A stretch of DNA of 45,244 nucleotides from Macrostomum lignano (lineage: Eukaryota), in NCBI GenBank assembly GCA_002269645.1, contig NIVC01003460.1:1-45244 (forward strand). Reading direction: 5' to 3'. Positions 23,125 through 33,600 of the stretch are shown here, piece after piece. Within the stretch, counting starts at the first letter, position 1; each line of letters opens with the position of its first letter. Position numbers and translations under genes: made by a program. The notes under the pieces are model-generated. The model made no database searches. It saw only the letters and a list, made by a program, of their open reading frames with translations, and had not been told where the DNA came from.

Positions 23125-24241
23125 CGAAGTTCGCGATTGTGCCTTATGAAACCAGACACAAAAATATTCTTGGATAGCAGATCATTTAAAATTGAGTTCA
23201 AAGAGCTTCAATGGAAGACCTTGAGTCCTTGAATATGTTGGTTGGCGCGCTTTAAAACTTACTCATGCTAATTCTGTCTAGCTTTTTATTTTAGTATATG
23301 GTTGATCTGCATTTTTATCTACTCCAGTTCGTCTTTTGTTTATAACTGTTTTTCCTAACTCATCTCTCAGCTTTAATGCTCTCGCGGTGTCCATGCCAAT
23401 GTCTCAAACGCAGCACAAGACAAGCGTAAATCAGCGAATTTCGTTTGAAAAATGATGCATTTTACTTATTACGCGTGAGCTTAATTTCGACGACTTTACT
23501 ACACTGGTCTGTCTCTCTCTCTCTTCTTCCTTCACTCGCGTCGCTTCACAATGCAAGGAGAACTAATTACTAATGCTAGCTATAAGTTGACAGGATTTAA
23601 TGTTTGTTCAGAATTGTAATATGCGAGCGTAAATTATTGATAATAGTAAAAACAATAAATAAAATCATAACTGAAAGAAGGGCTCCGGGCACCCTGGCCG
23701 TACTCGTACACTCTCTGGGGTTCGTCCAAGTCAAAATAAGCTGGCAATCCAAACTCTAGTTGACGATCTCCATGCCAGCCCCTCTCTCTCTCTTTCAAGA
23801 ATTTCATGGACCGCTTTCTCTTTACTCGTATAACTCGCTACAATGCACAGAGACACAGAGAGCTGTGAATTTCAGAGAAGAGTTTTTCTTCTATTCAACA
23901 GCGATTCCCTGTGCGCCATGGCGTCAAAGAAACCTTCTGCAACACACTGCAGCTCGTGTATATGCATATCAGCTGCAGCAATTGTCATCTAGAAAACTTC
24001 GAAGAAAATAAGAAACAAAGTAAAGTAAGAAGCTGACAGACAAAAATGATTCCCACGACTGTATAGCGTTATAAATCATTTATTTCAACTTCAATATAGT
24101 TGCGCTTATAATGTGCGATTCTCCGCTGCAGCTTCTGCGTCTGAGAATTCCGCTTAGTTTAGAAAACAAAACCGGGCAAATATTCGGGCGAATGGCCATG
24201 AATGAGCTGCAGTGACAGTTTGCCTGTAATTCTATCTCGCC

Positions 24242-24281
24242 ATGCAATTTGAATCAGCTGACTTCGAGACTGTGAACGGTG
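24242..24281 (+). CDS. GLI: GLI exon 1 (putative start)
   Basis: gccATG context, MQFESADFETVNG, donor G|gtgagt; the phase-1 join to the 24936 acceptor is in frame with the GLI ORF. Confidence 0.6.
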
Positions 24282-24287
24282 GTGAGT

Positions 24288-24808
24288 TCTATAGCCTCTC
24301 CCTGACCCCTTCTATACCCTCTCCCTGACCCCTTCTATACCCTCTCCCTGACCCCTTCTATACCCTCTCCCTGACCCCTTCTATACCCTCTCCCTGACCC
24401 CTTCTATACCCCCCTTCCTTCCTGACCCTCTTCTATGCCCCCTCCCGTCCTGACCCTCTTCTATACCCTCTCCCTGACCCACTTCTATACCCTCTCCCTG
24501 ACCCTCTTCTATACCCTCTCCCTGACCCACTTCTATACCCTCTCCCTGACCCTCTTCTATACCCTCTCCCTGACCCACTTCTATACCTCTCCCTGACCCT
24601 CTTCTATACCCTCTCCCTGACCTTCTTCCTATCCCTGAGTCCCTTTATATCCTCTCTCTGAACCTCTTCTATACCCTCTCCCTGACCATCTTCTATAACT
24701 CTCCCTCACTCTCTTCTATACCCTCTCCCTGACCCACTTCTATACCCTCTCCCTGACCCACTTCTATACCCTCTCCCTCACTCTTTTGTATACCCTCTCC
24801 CTGACCCC
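24288..24808. repeat. 23/24-bp pyrimidine-rich minisatellite in GLI intron 1
   Basis: Unit ctctccctgacc(c/ct/ca)cttctatacc. Confidence 0.95.
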
Positions 24809-24935
24809 AGTTTGCTGACCCCTGAGCACACACACAAGCCTTTGCAGCTGAGATCAGCTTGTTAAATTTACACGCGTATCAAACGGTGTTACGAAAGTCC
24901 ATTTCAATCTCGGTTTGCAAAAATTCAAATTTCAG

Positions 24936-25972
24936 CTGCAGCGCCAAACGAGGCCAAACAGTCGCGCCTAGTCGCCATGGCAACGGCCTCATCATCGGAT
25001 TTCCCCTATCCCGTCCAGCATCCGATGCAGTTTCCGCATCCTCAGCATCATCATCAGCATCAGCAGCAGCTTCATCACTGCCAGAATGGGTCCAACCCGT
25101 TCTATTCTCAGCAGCTGCCCAACGGAGCCAGATCCGTGCCCGCCTATCCCAGCTTCCCTCTGCAGCATCAGCAGCTTCATCCGGGGCTGCACCAGCCTCC
25201 GCCGTGTCCCAGTTACCCACAGCACCAGCAGCTGCAGACCCAGCCGCACTGGCAGTACGCATCTCACGGAGCTTACACACCGCTGTTCCCAGCAACTCAG
25301 TACCAGCAGCACCAGCTCCAGCAGATGTCGCCAGCCACTCAACAGCCAACATTTCAGCAGCAGCTCGGCCGCGGTGCCAAGAAGCGAGCGCTGTCCCAGT
25401 CGTCAGTGGAGAACGCCGGCTGCTGCACCATCGAGCTCAACCAGGTGACCGCCTCGCACGACTGTCTGTCATGGATTCCCGTGCTCGGAGGCGGCGGTAG
25501 CGGCGTCAGAGGCTCGCCCAGCTCCCGGGGCAGCCAGGGCTCCATCGGGCATCTCTCGGCGGCGTCTTTCGGCAGCATCGGCGCTGGTGGCGGCGGCGGC
25601 AACTCGCCGCTGTTTTCGCCGACAGCGACGCCTCCGAATAGCGTGGCGGCGGCCGCGGCGGCTGCGGCAGCTGCGGCAGCTTTCTACCGTCGCAAATCGA
25701 ACACGAACAACGCCGCCGCCGCTGCTGCCACTGCCGCCGTCAGCAAGCCGGCAAGTCCGTCCGTTGGCGATGCCGGCAGTTCAACAGTTGCTGCTGCCGA
25801 CAACGAAGATGACGGACCGGAAGCTGCGGGAAGCGAGGCGGACAGAAGAGCAGCCGATGATGAGGCTGATGATGACGAGGAGGCCGACGGGACCAGTGGC
25901 GAAATTCTGGCGACGGTGTGCCGGTGGGTGAACTGTGGGCTGCAGTGCGGCACCAATGCTGAGCTGGTTGAA
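24936..25972 (+). CDS. GLI: GLI exon 2: N-terminal region, SUFU-binding region and first half of ZF1
   Basis: Contains KKRALS, SQGSIGHLS (compare GLI SGSYGHLS), poly-Ala and CRWVNC. Acceptor aaatttcag; donor GAA|gtaagc. Confidence 0.88.
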
Positions 25973-26009
25973 GTAAGCTGACCTGCTTCATTTAACCCTG
26001 ACTTCATGA

Positions 26010-26325
26010 ACCTGTGAACCCGTGAACCTATGTTCCCGTGAACCTATGAGCCCGAGAGCCTGTGAACCCATGAACCTATGAATCCGTGAACCTATAAGTC
26101 CATGAACCTATGAACCCGTGAATCTATGAACTCGTGAATCTATGAACCCGTGAATCTATGGACTCGTGAGCCTATAAACCCGTGAACCTATTAACCTGTG
26201 AATCTATGAACCCATGAACCCATGAACCCATGAACCTATGAACCCATGAGCCTATGAACCCATGAGCCTATAAACCCATGAACCCATGAACCTAAGAATC
26301 TGAGAACCTATAAGTCCGTCAACCT
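26010..26325. repeat. 8-bp degenerate repeat in GLI intron 2
   Basis: tgaaccta/tgaacccg/tgaaccca units. Confidence 0.9.
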
Positions 26326-26346
26326 TTGAACATCCGCCTCCCGCAG

Positions 26347-26502
26347 CACGTGAACGATGTCCACGTGAAAGGCAGCGGGGACAGCAAGGAGTTCGTGTGC
26401 CATTGGATTGGCTGCAGCCGCAACCAAAAGCCGTTTAAAGCGCTGTACATGCTGAACGTGCACGTGAGGCGCCACACGGGAGAAAGACCCTACAGATGCA
26501 CC
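26347..26502 (+). CDS. GLI: GLI exon 3: end of ZF1, ZF2
   Basis: ccgcag|HVNDVH...[37 protein letters not shown]|gtgagt; 156 nt, phase 0. Confidence 0.97.
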
Positions 26503-26612
26503 GTGAGTCGCTGGTTCGTAGAGTGCACTATTGCGGAAGTTTCAGAGTCCAGAAAAGTCTGTGTCTTGATTGAAAAAAACCACAAATGTTAAAAGACAAT
26601 TCGATTCCTTGT

Positions 26613-26912
26613 GACCTCCTCTATACCCTCTCCCTTCTATACCCTCTCCCTTCTATACCCTCTCCCTTCTATACCCTCTCCCTTCTATACCCTCTCCCTT
26701 CTATACCCTCTCCCTTCTATACCCTCTCCCTTCTATACCCTCTCCCTTCTATACCCTCTCCCTTCTATACCCTCTCCCTTCTATACCCTCTCCCTTCTAT
26801 ACCCTCTCCCTTCTATACCCTCTCCCTTCTATACCCTCTCCCTTCTATACCCTCTCCCTTCTATACCCTCTCCCTTCTATACCCTCTCCCTTCTATACCC
26901 TCTCTCCCTGAC
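26613..26912. repeat. 16-bp minisatellite in GLI intron 3 (about 18 copies)
   Basis: Unit ctataccctctccctt, essentially perfect. Confidence 0.97.
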
Positions 26913-27277
26913 CCTGAATCCGAAAACTGAGTTACTGAGTAGAGAACGGATCTCCTGTTTTAGCTATAATCCCGCATTCTAAGAAACACCAAATTAATTT
27001 GAGCAGTAATTAATCTAACAGTAATTTAAACACAAGTCTGAGTCATTTGAGGTCACTTTCTTGAGCTTGTAACTTCAAATTATTTTAACAATGATGTTTA
27101 ATAGCTTTGTGAAGTTAGAAGGTTCTTAAACTTTCGAGCTTAGTGGAGTTTCAAGTCTAGTAAAATTTCGAGTTTAGAGTTCAAGTTTCGAGTTTCGAGT
27201 TTCGAGCTTGTAAAATCTCAAATTCCCCCAAGCAACGCCATTGATTCGCCTCTCTTACCCGCCCCTTCATGCAACAG

Positions 27278-28043
27278 TACCCCGGCTGCACCAAGGCCTA
27301 CTCCCGCCTGGAGAACATGAAGACGCATTTCCGGTCGCACACCGGTGAGAAGCCCTATTGTTGCGAGGTGCCCGGCTGCGCCAAAGCCTTCTCAAACGCT
27401 TCCGACCGAGCCAAGCACCAGAACCGGACTCACTCTGCCGAGAAGCCGTACCAGTGCCGCGCCGCTGCGGGCTGCGGCAAGCGGTACACGGACCCCAGCT
27501 CTCTGCGGAAGCACATCAAAACCGTGCACGGCGCCGAGGCCTACGCTTCTAAGAAAATCAAGGGCGAGAGTTGGAGCTCCAAGGCTGAGGAGAATCGGCT
27601 GAGACGATACGGAAAAACTGCTGGAGGCAGCGGCGGCGGCAGCGGAGGCGTCAACAACGGCGGCACCCCAATGAGCAGCACATCGGACTCGATGCACAGC
27701 GGCGGCGGCAGCGGTGTTGGATGCGGCGGTGCCAGCCCGATGTCGGCAGCTCGCCAGTTCTCAGCTGAGCGACAGTCGAACCGGCTTAATCCCGAGCAGC
27801 TTAGCGACGAGTTCCAAGCAGACGACGAGGGCTATTTCGCTCCGATGCTGTTGCCGTCGCAGCGCGTCCTCGACTCCGGCGGCGACGTTCTGGTGGCGGC
27901 GGCGCCGGCTCGGATGTCGCGACTCTGTCGACTACGACAAGGAAAAGTCGCAGCTCCAGCGGCGCCGGTGATCAAGCGCGAGCTGCCGAGGACCGAGGAG
28001 CTGCTGGAAGCCGAGGGTTTGGACGGCTTGACTGCTGAGACGG
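27278..28043 (+). CDS. GLI: GLI exon 4: ZF3-ZF5 and post-finger region
   Basis: [17 protein letters not shown]...[16 protein letters not shown]...[17 protein letters not shown] is diagnostic of GLI/Ci rather than GLIS. Donor G|gtgagg. Confidence 0.95.
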
Positions 28044-28187
28044 GTGAGGATGGAGTTCGGGTTGGAGTGAAGCTGGAGATGGAGATCCGGGCTTGTGTTT
28101 CCTTAGTGAGACTGCTTGGGTAATATTGATGATATGGAGAAGATAGTAATGCTTGGTAGATTGTTATAGAAGCACTTGTATTGGGTA

Positions 28188-29238
28188 AAAAAGTAGACAG
28201 TAATTCAGTGTGAAAGTAGACAGTAATTCAATGGGAAAGTAGACAGCAATTCAGTGTGAAAGTAGACAGCAATTCAGTGTGAAAGTAGACAGTAATTCAG
28301 AAGAAAAGTAGACAGTACTTCAGAGGGAAAGTAGACAGCAATTCAGTGTGAAAGTAGACAGTAATTCAGTGTGAAAGTAGACAGTAATTCAGTGTGAAAG
28401 TAGACAGCAATTCAGTGTGAAAGTAGACAGTAATTCAGTGTGAAAGTAGACAGTAATTCAATGGGAAAGTAGACAGCAATTCAGTGTGAAAGTAGACAGT
28501 AATTCAATGGGAAAGTAGACAGCAATTCAGTGTGAAAGTAGACAGTAATTCAGTGTGAAAGTAGACAGTAATTGAATGGGAAAGTAGACAGTAATTGAAT
28601 GGGAAAGTAGACAGTAATTGAATGGGAAAGTAGGCAGTAATTCAATGGGAAAGTAGACAGTAATTGAATGGGAAAGTAGACAGTAATTGAATGGGAAAGT
28701 AGGCAGTAATTCAATGGGAAAGTAGACAGTAATTGAATGGGAAAGTAGACATTATTTCAATGTGAAAGTAGACAGTAATTGAATGGGAAAGTAGACATTA
28801 ATTGAATGGGAAAGTAGACAGTAATTCAATGGGAAAGTAGACAGTAATTCAATGGGAAAGTAGACATTAATTGAATGGGAAAGTAGACAGTAATTCAATG
28901 GGAAAGTAGACAGTAATTGAATGGGAAAGTAGACATTATTTCAATGTGAAAGTAGACAGTAATTGAATGGGAAAGTAGACATTAATTGAATGGGAAAGTA
29001 GACAGTAATTGAATGGGAAAGTAGACAGTAATTCGATGGGAAAGTAGACAGCAATTCAGTAGAAAAGTAGGCAGCAATTCAATAGAAAAGTAGGCAACAA
29101 TTCAGTAGAAAAGTAGGCAACAATTCAGTAGAAAAGTAGACAACAATTCAGTAGAAAAGTAGACAACAATTCAGTAGAAAAGTAGGCAACAATTCAGTAG
29201 AAAAGTAGACAACAATTCAGTAGAAAAGTAGGCAGCAA
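28188..29238. repeat. 23-bp minisatellite in GLI intron 4 (about 45 copies)
   Basis: Unit gaaagtagacagtaattcagtgt, in three variant blocks. Confidence 0.96.
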
Positions 29239-29261
29239 TGCTTTCCTGCATCAATTCTTAG

Positions 29262-29546
29262 GTGCCAGTCACCAGCTCGCTCAAGCGCGTTACGCAGTCG
29301 CAGATGACGCCAGCACAGTCAGCTTCTGTCCCTCATCGTCTGGTCGGGGCTCTCTAGCGTCCGGCAGCGGTGGAAGCGCCGTTAGCAACGGCTACCAAGG
29401 AAACAATAACAACAGAAGCAATAGCGGCATTAGCAACCAATTTCAGCCTCAACAACCGCAAGGCTGGTCACCAGGAGGATTAGGAATCCCCAGTCAGCAA
29501 GAATTTCCCAACAGCAACGGCTCCTGGCGGAACCAGTGGGGATTCG
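29262..29546 (+). CDS. GLI: GLI exon 5
   Basis: ttcttag acceptor, G|gtaagg donor; 285 nt, phase 1 to phase 1, open throughout. Contains LAQARYAVA, resembling GLI LRAKYAAA. Confidence 0.8.
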
Positions 29547-29737
29547 GTAAGGTTTAAATCTTATTTAGCTGTAATTACTTGTGCTGACTACTACTTATTT
29601 GATTGTTGAGTAGTCTGTTTAGAATGGCTTTTTTAAGCGTCAGAACTGCAGTGCCGTATTGGCATCCTAGGGTTTTGAAAACCAGCTATGTTGGCGCACA
29701 TGCCAAAATCGAGCGCCTTTGACGCCGAAATGAGAGA

Positions 29738-30363
29738 CAGAATGAGTGCCTGCGGCGCCAGAATGAGTGCCTGCGGCGCCAGAATGAGTGCCTGAGGCGC
29801 CAGAATGAGTGCCTGCGGCGCCAGAATGAGTGCCTGTGGCGCCAGAATGAGTGCCTGCGGCGCCAGAATGAGTGCCTGCGACGCTAGAATGAGTGTCTGT
29901 GGCGCCAAAATGAGTGCATGCGGCGCCAGAATGAGTGCCTGCGGCGCCAAAATGAGTGCCTGTGGCGCCAGAATGAGTGCCTGCGACGCCAGAATGAGTG
30001 CCTCCGACGCTAGAATGAGTGTCTGTGGCGCCAAAATGAGTGCATGCGGCGCCAGAATGAGTGCCTGCGGCGCCAGAATGAGTGCCTGCGGCGCCAGAAT
30101 GAGTGCCTGTGGCGCCAGAATGAGTGCCTGTGGCGCCAGAATGAGTGCCTGCGGCGCCAGAATGAGTGCCTGCGGCGCCAGAATGAGTGCCTGCGGCGCC
30201 AGAATGAGTGCCTGCGGCGCCAGAATGAGTGCCTGCGGCGCCAGAATGAGTGCCTGCGGCGCCAGAATGAGTGCTTGAGTGCGGCGCCAGAATGAGTGCC
30301 TGCGGCGCCAGAATGAGTGCCTGCGGCGCCAGAATGAGTGCCTGCGGCGCCAGAATGAGTGCT
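29738..30363. repeat. 21-bp GC-rich minisatellite in GLI intron 5 (about 29 copies)
   Basis: Unit agaatgagtgcctgcggcgcc. Confidence 0.97.
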
Positions 30364-30604
30364 AATGACACCGATTTCCAAAATAATGTAGGAATTCAGT
30401 CATGTAGAATTTCCGGCTCTGTCCCCCACCAAAACATTTTTGGTGACGCTCCTGAAAGACGCGTTTATAACAAAATTCGATACAATTGTGCATAAATTTG
30501 TCTAGAAACTAAAAAGTTAACGAGATTTCTTCGCTGAAATGACAAGCAAACACCATTGATTTCAACGAAATCCTTGTGGTTGTCTCCGACTCTTTTAAAA
30601 GCAG

Positions 30605-30975
30605 GCCAGCTGCCTCATCCGTGGACAGAGCCGCTTTATCAGCATCATCCAGTGCAGTCGCAGCAGCCAGCTGCTCAAGCTCCTCAACAGCACAGCCATC
30701 AGTCTTGTCCGCAGTGCTTGCAGCTGGCCCAGCGGCAGAATTGCACTTTCAGTCCAAACAGCTACCTCGGCAGAACCGGCAGACTTAGTCAGAATCAGAA
30801 TCTCGAATTGTCAGCAACGGATGTGCCGTCCGTGTCCATGGAAGACCTGACCAGACTTCCGGACCAGCAGCCAGTGGCGGAAGCTTTCAATTTAGAAGCA
30901 GCTGACGACTGGCAGAATGCAGAGCATGGCTGCAGTTCTGCGAATATGGTGCTGGCGCAATGCCAGTGGGCCTAG
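30605..30975 (+). CDS. GLI: GLI terminal exon
   Basis: Phase-1 acceptor aagcag; in frame with track ORF 30556-30975. Ends SSANMVLAQCQWA*, resembling the GLI C-terminal NM(A/V) motif. Confidence 0.75.
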
Positions 30976-32129
30976 CCTAATAGCGCGATACAATAATTCA
31001 ATTGTGTAATCATAGAATTTACGAATGTATATACCTGAGTATGTTCAGAACAATTTTTATAATTTTTACGACAATATTATGCTCAATAATGCAACCAGCT
31101 AGAGTGCCCTTACTATAACAACCTCCAAATTATTTGCTATTGATTCGTTTTTTTAACTCTTTATGGTTAGTTATTTGGATAATTTTTGTTTTGTTTAACT
31201 GATGTGCTATATATATTTCACCGTCATATCGCCGTTTAAATGGCGTACAAAGAAATTTGTAATTTTTATTTTAGTGAAATTGACTTAATTAAAAGTGATT
31301 GGCTTTGATAAGTAAGGATTTAAAAATGTAGTCTATTTTTTTATTAAATACTTGCATTAGAATTATTTTGCCTTAAGCTGTATTCCCATCTTTTAAAAAC
31401 GACATGAAATCAAATAAATTTTTCTCGATAGTGCTGCCTAAACATTTTTAACAAATAAATTATATGCTATTAATATTTTTTCAGCTGACTCAGATTCAGT
31501 CTCAATTTGAAATAAAATTATAGAATTATCAATCTCAATGATTGTGCTTTGTTTTATTCAAGCTATCTAGCATTTTCTGTGCTCAATCCGTTGTTTTTCT
31601 ATAACTGAACTTAGGCACTCTTTTTTAGTTTTTGTTACCTTTGCTTGCAATTTATATTTTGTTATATCGCATGGAGCCATGTAAAATTATTCAGTTGAGA
31701 CAACTGGGATAGAACACTTTGAGTTCGAAAACAGTACATAAAAAATAAACTTATAAGTTTTAGCGCCAACAAAAAGCTAATTATTGCTCCGACTGTTTAA
31801 AAGGAAAACGTTCATGAGCATAGGTTTTGCAACGTTAATTAAATCAAACCAGTCATTTCGGCGAAAAACCTTTCTCGATACAGTATAAGTATTTTGTTTT
31901 AAACTAAAAGCAAAAGAGTGGGTGAAACAGTTTTGAATAGTAAAATAAAGTACGAGTTGAGATTGTAGTGCAATACAATAATTATTTTTTATGAGTGCCT
32001 GCATATAATAAATGGTATTATATGGCGGAGGAGGGGGTGGGTAGTTGTAAGGTTGAACAGCGAGTTTGAGTGATTGATTTAAGAAATGAATATGAAGTCA
32101 CGTTGTAAGCTTAAATTTACTTGTATACT

Positions 32130-32658
32130 AAAATCGGCGAGCAAGTACCCACGTGGAGGAGGTTGTCCTGCAGTCCGAGGCCCTGTCTGACCGCCAGAGG
32201 GCGGCGTTCCAGGCAGTGATCGAGACCGTCCTGCTGTACAACGCCGAGACCTGGACGCTGACGGAGTCGCTCGAGCAGCAAGTTGACGCGGCGCACGTTG
32301 GCCTGCTGCACACAGCCTTCAAGATCGGCTACGAGCGAGTCACCAATGCGGCACTCCATCGCCGCACCGGCCTGCTCCATCCCAGCGACCTGTTGCGCCG
32401 TCGGCAACTCCCAGCTGGCAGGCCATCATCCGAGCCGAGTCGTACTGCCCGTAGCCGGGGCAGGAGATGCTGCTGCTGACGCTGCAGGCACGGGGGGCGC
32501 ACTCGGCGTTTTGTCGACTGCCTGCTGGCTGACGCCGGCGCCCCAGACACTGCCGGCGGTGCGGCCTACGATCGCGCCCAGGCCTTGAAACGCGCCTTGT
32601 GACATTTGTGCCACGCTTGACTGGCTGACAGTGACAACGTATTTTGTTGTTGCTGTTG
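32130..32658 (+). mobile_element. Degenerate 3' fragment of an RTE-like non-LTR retrotransposon
   Basis: ETVLLYNAETWTLT...AGH-type post-RT domain with an internal deletion, frameshift and premature stop relative to the 33-kb copy; ends cgtattttgttgttgctgttg. Confidence 0.85.
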
Positions 32659-32916
32659 TATGAAGCCTCACATGATGTACATGTACCTGTATGAATGTAA
32701 AGTCTTTACAATGTCTTTCGACACTGGTTACTACGCTCGTAATAAAAAACAACAATTTGCTGTTCTCCCAGCGTCTCTTATTCCATAAAGTTATTTTTCT
32801 ATTGTATATTTGACCTGAATATAACAAGTTATTAATCGACAAAACTATTTTTAATAGCTTAAAAAATTATCAAAAAACTTACACTCTACTCCGCTCTGAA
32901 AATTGCATGCAGGTAC

Positions 32917-33600
32917 AAAAAACAAACAAAAACAAAATACGCGGCCCTGCGAGCAAAGTCAGTTAAAGCAGGGCGCGTCAGATGGCGCGCCGCAGAGCCT
33001 GGGAGCGAACAAAGTCCGCTCCGTTGGCAGTGTCGGGCGCCCCAGCGTCGCACAGCAGGCAGTCCACGTATCGACGGGTTCGGGCCTGACCCTGCCTGAA
33101 CGGGCCCTGCAAGGTGAGCAGCAAGACGTCCTGAACAGGTTGGGGGCAGTAGCCCTCGGCCCGGATCACGTGGCCCGCCAGTTGAAGTCGCCGCCGGCGA
33201 AGGATGATGGACGGGCGCTGCAGCTTGGCCCGATCGTACAGGGCCTCGGTCCCGACGCTCTTGTCTGCTCGAAAGGCTGCACGGAGCAGCCCTGAGTGCG
33301 CCGAGTCCATCTGCCGCTCCAGCGTAGCCGTCAGCGTCCACGTCTCGGCGTTGTAGAGCAGGACGGTTTCGACCACCGCCTGCCACAGCCGAGCCCTCTG
33401 GCGGTCGGGCAGCGCTTCGGACTGGAGGACGGCTCGGATCGAACGAAAGGCCGCCCAGGCGAGTCCTCTGCGCCGCCGGAGGTCCTCTTCCACGTGTGGC
33501 ACCAGACCGCCGAGGTAGGTGAACCGCTGGCAGCGTGCAAGCCTGGTCATCTGCCCGTCTGCGCCGCGGCACGTCAGGTCCGCTGGGGATGTCCGCTGGG
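32917..33600 (-). mobile_element. 5'-truncated RTE-like LINE insertion with a 10-bp TSD
   Basis: Intact 190-aa C-terminal ORF (FTYLG...VLLYNAETWTLT...RRRRLQLAGHVIR), short 3' UTR and T-rich tail; flanked by ATGCAGGTAC at 32907-32916 and 33601-33610. Confidence 0.9.

Noticed and set aside
24848-25500. Alternative GLI acceptor at 24847 and ORF 24859-25500
   Set aside because: It is out of frame with the zinc fingers; the ORF is a shadow of a GC-rich exon.
32091-32665. TATGAAG as the TSD of the older RTE copy
   Set aside because: It is only 7 bp in AT-rich DNA, and the left copy is about 35 bp from recognisable element sequence.
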